This document shows positions 42,397 to 55,448 of a stretch of DNA of 64,000 nt, piece after piece (position 1 is the first letter of the stretch; every line of letters begins with the position of its first letter). The notes below the pieces were generated by a model, which was not told where the DNA came from, did no database searches, and saw only the letters and a list, made by a program, of their open reading frames with translations. Source of the stretch: Octopus vulgaris (lineage: Eukaryota). A program made the translations under genes and the position numbers. The DNA lies in contig OX597815.1 in the NCBI GenBank assembly GCA_951406725.2, positions 43,400,001 through 43,464,000 of the forward strand. The letters are read 5' to 3'.

Positions 42397-42456
<60 letters not shown>

Positions 42457-42649
42457 TTTTGTTCTTTTATTCTTTTATTTGATTCTGTCATTTGACTGCG
42501 GCATGCTGGGGCACCGCTTTTAGTCGAACAAATTAACACCAGGGCTTATTCTTTGTAAGCTTAGTACTGAATCTATGGATCTATTTGTTCATGTATATAT
42601 ATATATATATATATACATAAATATGTATGTGTGTATATATATATACCTG

Positions 42650-42691
<42 letters not shown>

Positions 42692-42771
42692 TATACATAC
42701 ATACATATATATATGGTGGTGCCCCTGCATGGCCGCGGCCTTCGGGCTAGAACACTTTTAAGGATTTAAGG

Positions 42772-42808
<37 letters not shown>

Positions 42809-42847
42809 TATATGTATATATATGTGTGTATATGTATATATACATAT

Positions 42848-42924
<77 letters not shown>

Positions 42925-43542
42925 TACATACATATATATCTATGAATGCATATATATATGTATGTTGTATGTATGTATGTATGTATGTATGTATATGAGT
43001 ATCTCTCGAGAAGCTGAAGTGCTACTTGTTAGTAAGTGATTAACAGATTTTAAGTCACTTTCATTTGTTACACGGTGTTCGTTATATTTCGCTTTCAATA
43101 CTTCCGTTTTGCTTCGTGTCACTTTTTTTCTTCTTTCTTTCTATCTTTACCTAACTACTCATGCCTATCACTTTCTGACAATAACACAATTCACACGCAC
43201 GTATAATACACTTCATCACACATACATAGACATACATTCTTAATATATATATATTTCAGACACAAATGTCCATACGTGCTTACATACATAAATACATACA
43301 GATAGGCAGGCATAAATACAAAGTTGTTAAGAAAATTAAAAAGACAGAGGTGATTAAGGTGGAGTGAGATGATTCAAATGAGTCGGCTAGCAATTAGATT
43401 TTCTCACGGATTATTCCAAATGGCAAATGTAGTATACTTATATATTTTATTTTGAGGAATGTCATTTTAATTTGATACAGATATTTGCAACTTGAGATAC
43501 AATAAGAGTCACTCTGTACCTTCGTGTAAGTGTAATACATAC

Positions 43543-43573
<31 letters not shown>

Positions 43574-43869
43574 TGTATGTATGTATGTATGTATGTATGT
43601 ATGTATGTATGTATGTATGTATGTATGTATGTATGTATGTATGTATGTATGTATGTATGTATGTATTTATCTGTATGTATGTGTGTGTACATACATGTAA
43701 ATATTTGTGTGTATAGATCATCATAAAAAGGTGTGACTGGTGAATATATTCATTTAACCACTTGATACCCATACTGGATTACTACATGGTGCGATTGCCA
43801 GGTCCACCAGAGTAGCTTTTTGTGATTGCCACAGGATTCTATAAATCTATATACTGCACGACAAATTTA

Positions 43870-43928
<59 letters not shown>

Positions 43929-43989
43929 TCACATACACACATATATAGATAGACAAATCTTGATTTATGACTATCCCATTTAGAATGTC

Positions 43990-44397
43990 TGTCTACTCCA
44001 TCAACTCTACCCCACCCCAAACAGATACTACCCTCTGTCTTCTCTCGGATTTGATAAACTAGTCTATAAAATAAAAACGGACGCCATCCCCCGTAATTAA
44101 AACTAACAGAAAAATCAGTGAAAAACAGTGTCTTCTTGGAAAAAATTTCAGTTACAACTGTGATGTTGTTGGTAAAATATGTTCTTTGTCTATCTCTTTA
44201 TCCTCTTGGAGATTTTGGGTAAAATTATGCTAATGTGGCCTTCTGATTTAATTAAATTCTATGTCTTTGTGCAGCTGAAGATTGCTTTACATTTTAAATT
44301 GATGTAATGAAATGATTGCATTGTTCACTTAAATGGCGTTGCATGAAACGATCGTACTGCATTACCTCTGGATATCCTTGTTGCTTATTTTGATATA
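43990..44397 (+). mobile_element. PLE pseudo-LTR-like repeat containing a hammerhead motif
   Basis: Inverted copy at about 45575-45930 and a 3' fragment at about 12240-12310. Confidence 0.7.
44269..44362 (+). ncRNA. Type I hammerhead motif with long stem II insert
   Basis: GUGCAG-CUGAAGA-uUGC...GCAu-GAAA-CGAUCG-UA^CUGCAU. Stem I is 6 bp and stem II closes on a U-U mismatch. Confidence 0.7.
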
Positions 44398-44494
44398 AAT
44401 AGATAGATATAATTATCAACATACATGTAATTTTGAATGAAATATATGTTTCTTTTTGAAACAATGGATCTCGAAGCATATAACCCTATAAATA

Positions 44495-44712
44495 ACAGTT
44501 TCAAATTTCCCTACAAGGGCAGCAATTTCGCGGGAGGGAATGAGTCAATTACATCGACTCCAGTGTTCAACTGGTACTTATTTTATCGACCCCGAAAGGA
44601 TGAAAGGCAAAGTCAACCTCGGCGGAATTTGAACTCAGAACGTAACGACGGACAAAAGGCTGCTCAGCATTTTATCCGGCGTGCTAACGTCTCTGTCAGT
44701 TCGTTGCTTTAA
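44495..44712 (-). mobile_element. SINE family B
   Basis: CTGGTACTTATTTTATCGACCCCGAAAGGATGAAAGGCAAAGTCAACCTCGGCGGAATTTGAAC. Confidence 0.88.
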
Positions 44713-45416
44713 TAACTCTATAAATAATAGCATGTAAATGTTGGGGAAAGCTCTTTTCAATAGAAAATGTTGGAGGCTGTCTGTCATGTCTACAGGAGAT
44801 GTAGGTTTGTGTCCGACGGGCATCCAAAAGTGTATTTTTTAAGTAAAAACTGAAAATCTAAGGTGGAGAACACAAAAGTGTATCCACCTGAATTTTTTTT
44901 TGTGCATAATTATAATTTACGATATTGTTTGATTACATATTCCACAAGAACAAACCATGGTTTTGTTATTTTGAGAAATTTAGACAAAAGTTACATAATA
45001 TGAATAAATAAATCGTAGGTCTTGTTAGGAGAAGGGAATGATATCTTGAGAATGACAATAAAAATTTGTTGTAGCTCAGTTTTGTACTTTGTCTCACGAC
45101 TTTGTTTCAACTTGGTGGCCAATGTGCGCAATCAGTTAATAATAGCGATTGATTTTCGATAAAAGTAGCTTCACTTCTTAATCAGTTGAAAGCCGTCTCG
45201 TTAGCTACTGCTGAAGAGAATTAACGAATTTGAAATGCATCGATCAGTTCAATACAGAACGCTCTGAGCTGATTATGGTATTTTAACATCTTTTTGTCTT
45301 AAGCATTTACAGGTTCAAATACTACTCATACATTTTAGAACTGATTTTACGTTTGTTTAATCTCCGCTAAAGCCTCGTCATCTATTCACGATACATGCAT
45401 ACATACATACATACAT

Positions 45417-45483
<67 letters not shown>

Positions 45484-45574
45484 GTATGGTAGATGAGTTC
45501 AGCAAAAATTTAGATTAAAATGAATATGGTACTTAAGTTGAGGCACCAGAATTTTGTACGGTACTATCCATACA

Positions 45575-46010
45575 ATTTCAAAATAAGCAACAAGGATATC
45601 GAGAGGTAATTCATTACGATCGTTTCATACAACTCCATTTAATTGAACAATGCAATCATTACATCAATTTAAAATGTAGACCAATCTTCAGCTGCACAAA
45701 GACATAGAATTTAGTTAAATTAGAATAGATGGACACATTAGGATAATTATACCTAAAGTCACCATGAAGTTAAGGAGATAGACAATAAACATGTACCTAC
45801 AACAGTATAGCCGTAACAAAAATTTTCAAGAAGACACTGCCTGTCACTGATTTTTTGTTTTTTATGGGGTCATTACTTTATCAAATCCCTTGTATATTTA
45901 AGGCTGAGAGGGCAGTATTTGTTTGGGGTAGATACTGCCCTCTGTTTCTCTCGGCTTTAAATATAGAAGGGATTTGATAAACGAGTCTATAAATCAAAAC
46001 TGATCCCATT
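45575..46010 (-). mobile_element. Inverted PLE pseudo-LTR-like copy with terminal fold-back
   Basis: Reverse complement of 44050-44397. The hammerhead core at 45608-45696 has a disrupted stem I, and there is an internal palindrome at about 45877-45981. Confidence 0.7.
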
Positions 46011-46047
46011 AAAAACTTCGTAATCTTATAGAGCTACAAAATATTTT

Positions 46048-46312
46048 ATGCGCTGTGTTCTTGAGCAAGACACTTTATTTCACGTTGCTCCAGTTCACTT
46101 AGCTGTAGAAATGAACTGCGACGTCACTGGTGCCAAGGTGTATCGGCTTTTGCTTTTGCCTTGGATGACATCGATGGCGTGAAGAGGTGCGGACTGGCAA
46201 GCATGGGTGACTACTGGTTTTCTATAAATAACCTTACCTAAACCTGTACCTCGGAAGGGAACTTTCCCGGTGCAATCTCAGGGTCATTCATGACTGAAGA
46301 GGGTCTTTATCC
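46048..46312 (+). mobile_element. SINE family D core with a third tail type
   Basis: TTGAGCAAGACACTTTATTTCACGTTGCTCCAGTTCACTTAGCTG core. The tail GGTGCAATCTCAGGGTCATTCATGAC is shared with 33150-33240 (inverted). Confidence 0.7.
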
Positions 46313-46901
46313 TTTTATAAAGTATTTATTGTTTCTTAATTTAGTACTGCGTGGTTGGGTAAAGCCATCGATCAAAGCTGGCCGCCTCTTCTATTGAAAC
46401 ATAGTTTGTCTAAAACTCCTTTGTGATCAACGTTTCAGTTTCTGAGTCTCAATCGTGTGATTTGAGGATTTTGTCGATGATTCGCGCAGATGCAAGCGAC
46501 ATCTTAGTTTCTCTCATTACCAAGCAAGTAATAAGACAGACATTTTGGGATATTCTTTTACTAAAAGTAATATTAGTACTGTTGATGCGGGCGGTATCAA
46601 TGGTGGTGTTTATTCTTAACCTTTTACCAGCTACGTTATTAGAGTACAAAATCTGGCGCCCCAGAACAGCCATTAGCTGTAAAGGCTAAAAGAAACGACA
46701 CAATAATAATGTTGTTTTTTTTAATAGCAAGAATTGATTACCATATAACTTCCTATCTAAATAAAAAAAAGCTAGATGATTTTGTACGCTTGCGTCTATA
46801 ATTTTATTTATTCTATTTACTTATATATATATATATATATATATATACATACATACATACATACATACATACATACATACATACATACATACATACATAC
46901 A

Positions 46902-46933
<32 letters not shown>

Positions 46934-47107
46934 CATACATACATACATACATACATACGTACATACATACATACATACGTACGTACATACATACATACAT
47001 ACATACATACATACATACATACGTACGTACATACATACATACGTACGTACATACATACATACATACATACATACATACATACATACATACATACATACAT
47101 ACATACA

Positions 47108-47140
<33 letters not shown>

Positions 47141-47580
47141 CAAATATATCAAATAAAGACACGCGAAGAAAACTGAAGTTTCACTTCAGTTAGACTTGAA
47201 GAAGACAGCTGCGATAAGACAGTGATAGTAAGTTCAAAAGCCTAATTGGGGTTAATAGAGGTCGAAGCTATAGTATCAAATTCAAATATCTGTGTGTATG
47301 TGTGTGTATGAGAGTTTGTTTGTTTATTTGTTTGGTTGTTTGTGTGTATGAGTATGTAAAACAAGGGAATTGCAAACGTACAGTGGTGTGGCTAGGAAAC
47401 AGAGAGATAATGATCACTGACTAATCAGTTAACTGATAACAAAAGCCAAAACAAAAAGGATCCTATCATTAGTGCCATCCACACCAATATTACCGATGCT
47501 ACTCGCAAAACGCTTACCTGCATAAGATTACTCTCAACAAAACCAGCATTATTATTATTATTATTATCATTATTATTATT

Positions 47581-47616
<36 letters not shown>

Positions 47617-47649
47617 GCTGTTGCTGTTGTTGTTGTTGTTGTTGTTGTT

Positions 47650-47680
<31 letters not shown>

Positions 47681-47689
47681 TTATTATCC

Positions 47690-49090
47690 TTGATAAGTCG
47701 CGAGCTAAGCATTTCGTCCGCCGTTACGTTCTGAGTTCAAATTCCTCCGAGGTCAACTTTGATCATTTCGGGGTCGATAAATTAAGTACCAGTGAAACAC
47801 TGGGGTCGATTAAATTGACTAGTCCACTCCCCCAAAATTTCAGGCCTAGTGCCTTTAGTAGAAAGGATTATTATTATCATAGACAACAATAATAATATTA
47901 AATGTGTCAACGATATTATTTATTTCGCGAAGGCAGCGAGCTGGCAGAAAGGTTAGCACGCCGGGCGAAATGCTTAGCGGTATTTCGTCTGCCGCTACGT
48001 TCAAATTCCGCCGAGGTCGACTTTGCCTTTCATCCTTTCGGGGTCCATAATTAAGTACCAGTTACGCACTGGGGTCGATATAAACGACTTAATCCGTTTG
48101 TCTGTCCTTATTTGTCCTCTCTGTGTTTAGCCCCTTGTGGGTAGTAAAAGAAATAGGTATTTCGTCTGCCGCTACATTCTGAGTTCAAATTCCGCCGAAA
48201 TGTGTCAACGATATTATTTATTTCGCGAAGGCAGCGAGCTGGCAGAAAGGTTAGCACGCCGGGCGAAATGCTTAGCGGTATTTCGTCTGCCGCTACGTTC
48301 AAATTCCGCCGAGGTCGACTTTGCCTTTCATCCTTTCAGGGTCGATAAATTAAGTACCAGTTACGCACTGGGGTCGATATAAACGACTTATTCCGTTTGT
48401 CTCTCCTTGTTTGTCCTCTCTGTGTTTAGCCCCTTGTGGATAGTAAAGAAATAGGTATTTCGTCTGCCGTTAAGTTTTAATTCCGCCAAGATCAACTTCG
48501 CCTTTCATCCTTTCAGGTCGATAAAATAAATACCTATTTCTTTAATACCCACAAGGGGCTACACATAGAGGGGACAAACAAGGACAGACAAACTGATTAA
48601 GTGGATTACATCGACCCCAGTGCGTAACTGGTACTTATTTCATTGACCCCGAAAGGATGAAAGGCAAAGTCGACCTCGGCGGAATTTGAACTCAGAACGT
48701 AACTGCAGACGGAATACTGGAAAGCATTTCGCCCGGCGCGCTAACGTTCTGCAATCACGCTCAAATCACGCCATTTGAGCACTGAGGTCGATGAAATCGA
48801 CTTAGCCCCTCCCCACCAAAAACGTGATGGCCTTGTACCAAAATTTGAAATCAATATTTTAATTATTGTTTGGGTGGCAAGCTGGCAGAATAGTTAACGC
48901 GTGGTCGAAATGCTTAGAGGCATTTCTTCTAGCTTTACGTTTTGAGTTGAAACTCTGCTGAGGTCGATTTTGTTTTTTACCCCTTCGGGTTCGATAAAAC
49001 AAGTACCATTTGAGTACTGAGCTCCATATAAACTACTAATTCTCTACTCCCTTCTTATATTTCAGGCCTTGTGCTAAAATCAGAAACCGA
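47690..49090. mobile_element. Dense family B SINE cluster: tandem duplication plus inverted copy
   Basis: Plus copies at about 47700, 47929 and 48228, a minus copy at 48531-48750, and diverged plus copies to 49090. Confidence 0.9.
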
Positions 49091-49284
49091 TAACAAAAAC
49101 CACAATTTCAATAGTATTTAATAGTCGAGCCAAGAGCTGCTGGAAAGTCGTACACATCTACTTGGGGTCGAGGAACAAAACGTTCATTACAAAGCAAGCT
49201 AGCCACAGAGGATGCTGGTTTGCTTTGTAAGAAAATGGTACAACAGATACCAAAGCAACGTTCTTCTTAACAAAATCCAATAAC

Positions 49285-49706
49285 TAGGCGTAGGAGTGGC
49301 TGTGTGGTAAGAAGCTTGCTTACGAACCACATTGTTCCGGGTTCAGTCCCACTGCGTGGCACCTTGGGCAAGTGTCTTCTTCTATAGCCTCGGGCCCACC
49401 AAAGCCTTGTGAGTGGATTTGGTAGACGGAAACTGAAAGACGCCCGTCGTATATGTGTATATGTGTGTATGTATGTGTGTGTGAATATGTTTGTGTGTCT
49501 GTGTCTATGTTTGTCTCCCCAATATCGCTTGACAGCCGATGCTGGTGTGTTCACGTCCCCGTAACTTAGCGGCTCGGCAAAAGAGACCGATAGAATAAGT
49601 ACTAGGCTTACAAAGAATAAGTCCTGGGGTCGATTTGCTCGACTACAATGTGGTGCTCCAGCATGGCCACAGTCAAATGACTGAAACAAGTAAAAGAGTA
49701 AAAGAG
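49285..49706 (+). mobile_element. Full-length SINE family A
   Basis: Complete head to AAAAGAGTAAAAGAG tail, with a possible short TSD TAACTA. Confidence 0.92.
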
Positions 49707-50672
49707 TAACTATCTACAAGCTTCAGAACAACTTTCAATTACGAACACACCAACACCAAATTTGCGTGAAGCACAGTTCTCATGGGCAAGCTCTTACCAG
49801 ACGTTTCAGATTCCAATTCAATCGCAGCTGAAGTTATTCCACGACTTTAGTTCGATCTTTAATGTTGGGACGACCAAAACAATAACAACAGAAGTTTGGG
49901 AGGCGAATTAAGTTGCTGTTGTTGAATATTAGACCATAGAAATAAGAAGACCTACGATCAAAGGCATTCCTGTCCTGATCATTGTGACATGTTGCGTCAG
50001 CACAAGAAATGAATAAGTGTTATTTGTATATACGGATCTGCGAAAAACAAATTGGCTTCACTTGATTTTTGCTAAAGCCCTAAATCGAACAAATCCAGCC
50101 ATTAATGACTCATCTTTATTTCAACACAATGTCTGTGAGATAACATTAAAGTAATGCGACCCTCTTCTTTTAAGACAATAGGGAGTAGTTTGAGGCAATG
50201 TTTGGTTCCTATTTCAAGCGTATCAAGCAACCACGTAATAGTTCGCTTGTTCACTCGTTTTTTTGACCTCTCTTAAAAAGTTAAAAATTTGTGGCTTTCG
50301 AGTTCACCAAGGACTGAAACTATATTACATGTTTACAAGACAGCTTCTTTGTGATAAACTCGATTTGGTAGAAATAGCAGCCAAACTGCCTTCAAATCAG
50401 TTTGTATATTTAGAACTACACAGGTCAAGGCGGTTAAATGGTATTAGAAAGACAAAGACACTGCTTCTGCCAAGCTGCGAGACCACGATAGTTGGAAAGA
50501 TGAAATAAAGTAGTATAAGGCAATTTCGGTTTACTCTACATATTTCTACTCCTTCACCAATATTTATTATCACACTAGTTTTATAGCCGCGATCACACCG
50601 TTTTGTAAGGGTCAGTAATACAATATTGACACACTACTAACACATATTAATATTACATCATAATATTGTATT

Positions 50673-51057
50673 GGAAGCACTCCGTCGGTTACGACGACGA
50701 GGGTTCCGGTTGATCCGAATCAACGGAACAGCCTGCTCATGAAATTAACGTGTAAGTGGCCGAGCACTCCACAGACACGTGTACCCTTAACGTAGTTCTC
50801 GGGGATATTCAGCGTGACACAGAGAGTGACAAGGCCGGCCCTTTGAAATACAGGTTCAACAGAAACAGGAAGAAAGAGTGAGAGAAAGTTGTGGTGAAAG
50901 AGTACAGCAGGGATCACCACCATCCCCTGCCGGAGCCTCGTGGAGCTTTTAGGTGTTTTCGCTCAATAAACACTCACAACGCCCGGTCTGGGAATCGAAA
51001 CCGCGATCCTATGACCACGAGTCCGCTGCCCTAACCACTGGGCCATTGCGCCTCCAC
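50673..51057 (-). mobile_element. Full-length SINE family C with 11-bp TSD
   Basis: TSD AATATTGTATT at 50662-50672 and 51058-51068. Head GGAGGCGCAATGGCCCAGTGGTTAGGGCAGCGGACTCG...TTCGATTCCC. Confidence 0.93.
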
Positions 51058-51629
51058 AATATTGTATTACAAACACTCGATTTGAAGATTGCATTAAATC
51101 AAAAAGAAACAGCATTCAAACGTCTTTAATTCATTGGGAAGGGTAGAAATGTTGTAGCAGAGAGCAACATACGCTGAAAGTAGATATCTAACTCCTTAGT
51201 TAGAAGATTTTGTGTCTTCACGAATACAACGCGCATTCATGTTTTAGCTTCAACTAAACAGAGCATTCATATACAAATATGCGCCAAGAACAAAGATATA
51301 AACGGCGGCGGCGCTGGTGGTGCTGGTGGTGGATTGCAGGCGGTTAAATGAAGAAAAGTGAAATATAATTAATACTAAAAGAAAAAATGAAACAGTCTTA
51401 ATTACTTCCTCTACCTTACTTGGGGGCATCACAAAAGTCATTATAAGTCATTATTATATACCCATCGTTTGAAAGATGTGGACTTAACACCAGGAGGCTA
51501 TATACATAACGAGACAAACATACTGTTTTAATTGATGGAAGGATAATTGATCTCATCTATTACTCCTGTTCATGTATGTATGTGTGTATGTATGTATGTA
51601 TGTATGTATGTATGTATGTACGTATCTAC

Positions 51630-51707
<78 letters not shown>

Positions 51708-53024
51708 CTCTATATATATATACAGAGAGAGAGAGAGAGAGAGAGAAAGAAAGAAAAAGAGAGAGAGAGAGATTGATAGATAGGTGGATATAGATAGAGA
51801 TATAGATTTAGAACACGTTTTGTATACGTGTAGGTGTGTGCGTGTGTGTGTGTAAGTGTCGGTTGTAAGTATGTGCGTGCATGCGTGTGTGTAAGTGTAT
51901 GTATGTGTGTGTTTATGTATATATATATGTATGTGTGTGTTTGTGTACGCGCGTATGCGTGTGTGTATGTGTGAGTGCGCGTGTTGTGGTTTATGCATTT
52001 GTCCGGAAGAAAGAAAATAAGAGAAGAAAAGACAGCGGCTATGTAAATGTGCATACATATATTCGTAGTTGGGTACGTATATGTGTGTGTGTGTGTGTTG
52101 CGACTGTGTCTGCTAAATATTTCAAGCCTGTGTATGCAATTATTTGTTTTAATTACGATCCTTCGGCGCTGGTTAAAAAACAGTTCATATCTTTAGAGGT
52201 AAATATTATTTTGCTATTCCACCATACCTTCTGTATTCAATATTATTTTCGTTAAATATTTAAAATGTATTCTCTTGAGCTCTAAAGCAAATACATATTC
52301 TTTAGAAAACTGTAAATCACGTTAGCTTTAAACTTTTAGTGCGAATGTATTAACGAAGAAACCCTTACGTATATGTCAAATTACTAATAATATCAATCAA
52401 ATTCGCTCAGATCACACACTGCCGTCTTAAATAAAGACAGGTAATGTATTGTATATATTACTGACCCTAAAAGAACGGTGTGATCGCGGCTTTAAAACTC
52501 TGAACTATAAACTAAATAATTCGGGATTGGTACGTGAGACGGTATAAAAAGAAATAAAGAGTAAACAATATGAACAGCTCCAGACGGAAAAAATTAAGCT
52601 GGATAACGAAAGTCCTTCGCTCAAGGACGTCCATCCATCTGTAGAACATGAGCTTCACTTTTATCTGAGCAAGTCAAAAGGATCTGCTGGATTATCAGAA
52701 CGATGTGAATGAAGACAAGAGGATTATTGGAAGACCAATAACGAAATGGGTTCCGAGCACATCTAAACTCAAAATGGCAGAATGTTGGAGAGAAACATAC
52801 CAATTGTCTATCAGCAATTGAGACTGAGCCACCCAAAGATTTTGGGAGTTTTTGCGGCTCGGCCAAAGCAGAGGTAATCGTAAACAGACTCTGACGCTGA
52901 AGGTGATCGCAGTCGTTGGATAACCTGATCCAAACTAAGTAGCGACTTTTAACCCCCTTGTAAAACAATACCGTATGATTTGTGTTCTGAGAGTGCTGCA
53001 GTAGTCTGACTCCTAATGCAGGAA

Positions 53025-53379
53025 ATGATATCTCATCAGGTGGTGAACTAACGCTGTTTCACCTTTTCACCATCAGACCAGAACTGTTCCGGGAAACCCA
53101 CCAATGTAGGAAACAAAAGTCCCCGGCTCTGGACCAGATGTTTCTATCATCCTCAATGCTCCTTTTTGCTGCACCACTCGTTCTCTCTCTTGAGCCAGAT
53201 GCAACGGATTGCTTCCTTAGCTGCTTCCGACAATATTCTGGCAACATCGTTTGTTTCCTTCGTAGCTACTCTAAGATTCATGAGGATCGAGTGAACCCTG
53301 GTTCCGACATGGTCTCTATAAGAAAGCATATTATCTCCCAGCCTTTGTTTTCACAGAATTCAACCATTTCTGTATATTC

Positions 53380-53385
<6 letters not shown>
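53025..53385 (-). mobile_element. 3' end of HERO-like RLE non-LTR retrotransposon
   Basis: Minus frames KMEYTEMVEFCENKGWEIICFLIE and RILSEAAKEAIRCIWLKRENEW resemble the HERO C-terminus (KY.EL..C...GW....PIE; SEAAE.ASRW.WLKR). The 3' UTR has GTCTGATG...GAAAC...CTGATGA. Confidence 0.75.
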
Positions 53386-53457
<72 letters not shown>

Positions 53458-53818
53458 ACATACATACATACATACATACATACATACATACATACATACA
53501 TACATACATACATACATACATACATACATACATACATACATACATACATACATACATACATACATACATACATACATACACACATACATCATAAACACAC
53601 ACACACACAATATATATATACAGTGTGCCTGTAAGTGATCTTTATAATTAAAACACATTCAGAAAAAACATGACAAATGAGATTAACTCTACAGAGAATA
53701 TTGGAAAACATCAGATCATTTTTACGTGGGCTCCATTAGCTGGAAAGAAGTTGATTGATGGATCACAACTTTACAATAAATTGTAAAAATAGTTTACGAA
53801 CTCGCTATATATATATAT

Positions 53819-54234
53819 ACTCTTTTACTCTTTTACTTGTTTCAGTCATTTGACTGCGGCCATGCTGGAGCACCGCCTTTAGTCGAGCAAATCGACCCCG
53901 GGACTTATTCCTTGTAAGCCCAGTACCTATTCTATCAGTCTATTTTTGCCGAACCGCTAAGTGACGGGGACGTAAACACACCAACATCGGTTGTCAAGCA
54001 ATGCTAGGGGGACAAACACAGACACACAAACATATACACACTCATATATATATACACACACATATATATATATACGACAGGCTTCTTTCAGTTTCCGTCT
54101 ACCAAATCCACTCACAAGGCATTGGTCGGCCCGGGGCTATAGCAGAAGACACTTGCCCAAGATGCCACGCAGTGGGACTGAACCCGGAACAATGTGTTGG
54201 TAAGCAAGCTACTTACCACACAGCCACTCCTGCG

Positions 54235-54237
<3 letters not shown>
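53819..54237 (-). mobile_element. Full-length SINE family A inserted in (TA)n
   Basis: Near-identical to 4721-5120. Confidence 0.92.
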
Positions 54238-54327
<90 letters not shown>

Positions 54328-54509
54328 ATACGTATACACATAAGGGGTGAAATATAATTAATTTACTAAAATTAATAAATTTCACATATATATAGTTAAT
54401 CCAAACATGAACAAAGAGAAAACACAACAACGCGAGGACGTGGAACAAGTATAGTGTTATTGGACGCTCAGGAAAGGAAAGAAGGACCATTTAACGTTTT
54501 GAGCGTTAT

Positions 54510-54540
<31 letters not shown>

Positions 54541-54672
54541 CCAGTGAAGTAACAAGCGATCCGTAAGTAGCACTCAACACATGTAGTTGGAATTGTATTT
54601 ATTGAGTAACAGGTTGACTTAGCTCCTCATGTTACTTTTAAAAAAAGCACGACTAACTCCTCGGATTTGTGT

Positions 54673-54723
<51 letters not shown>

Positions 54724-54862
54724 CGTCTGCGTATAGCCACCTAAATACGAACTAGTGAATATTATGAATGACAGAGACAGATGACAAGAACTAAATTTGA
54801 TATTGTAGTCTTTATTTCGTTGCATTGCAGCATAAAGTTGTTGAGAGATAAGTGTGTGGGTT

Positions 54863-54915
<53 letters not shown>

Positions 54916-55232
54916 CACGTGCTTGCATACACACAGACCCACTCACATACATACAATATATAAGCATACATATATATATATATATGTGTGTATGCTTGTG
55001 TACATATATATTAACATGAGACAGGATGGAGAGGAGAAGAGGAGAAACAGGACTGGATGAGGAAGGGGATGGGTGAGTAAACGAAGAAATAAAGTAGATG
55101 AGCAGGGGAGGAAACATTTGTTTTCAATTAACGGTCTGTATGACAGAATAATAAAACAATAGTGGGTTTGTTTCGATCACGAGTCGTATATTGCTACTTT
55201 GTTTGATATCATCATGAATAGTAAGCCAAAAT

Positions 55233-55435
55233 AAGGAGGCGAGCCGGCAGAATTGTTAACACGCCAGGCAAAATGCTTATCAGCATTTCGTTCCTCTTTA
55301 CGTTCTATGATCAAATCCCGCCGGGGTCGACTTTGCCTTTCAAAGATTCGGGGTCAATAAAATAAGTACTGGGTCGTTGTAATCGACTTATCCTCCCACC
55401 CACTGAAATTTCAGACCTTTTGTCTATAGTAGAAA
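55233..55435 (+). mobile_element. SINE family B
   Basis: AAGGAGGCGAGCCGGCAGAATTGTTAACACGCC...GTCGACTTTGCCTTTC. Confidence 0.8.
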
Positions 55436-55448
55436 TTTTTGTTTTATT

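Noticed and set aside
47690-49090. Regularly repeated units that might suggest a CRISPR-like array
   Set aside because: The units are 180-300-bp SINE copies with no unique spacers or cas genes, and the context is eukaryotic.
50985-51057. tRNA-like sequences (also near 15118, 29830, 32700 and 49290)
   Set aside because: These are SINE heads with A/B boxes. They lack a complete cloverleaf and are joined to SINE bodies with TSDs.
52570-52760. Peptide SVEHELHFYLSKSK...EDYWKTNNE resembling a hAT dimerisation domain
   Set aside because: It requires a frameshift across a stop codon and lacks the downstream conserved motif. Too weak to call.
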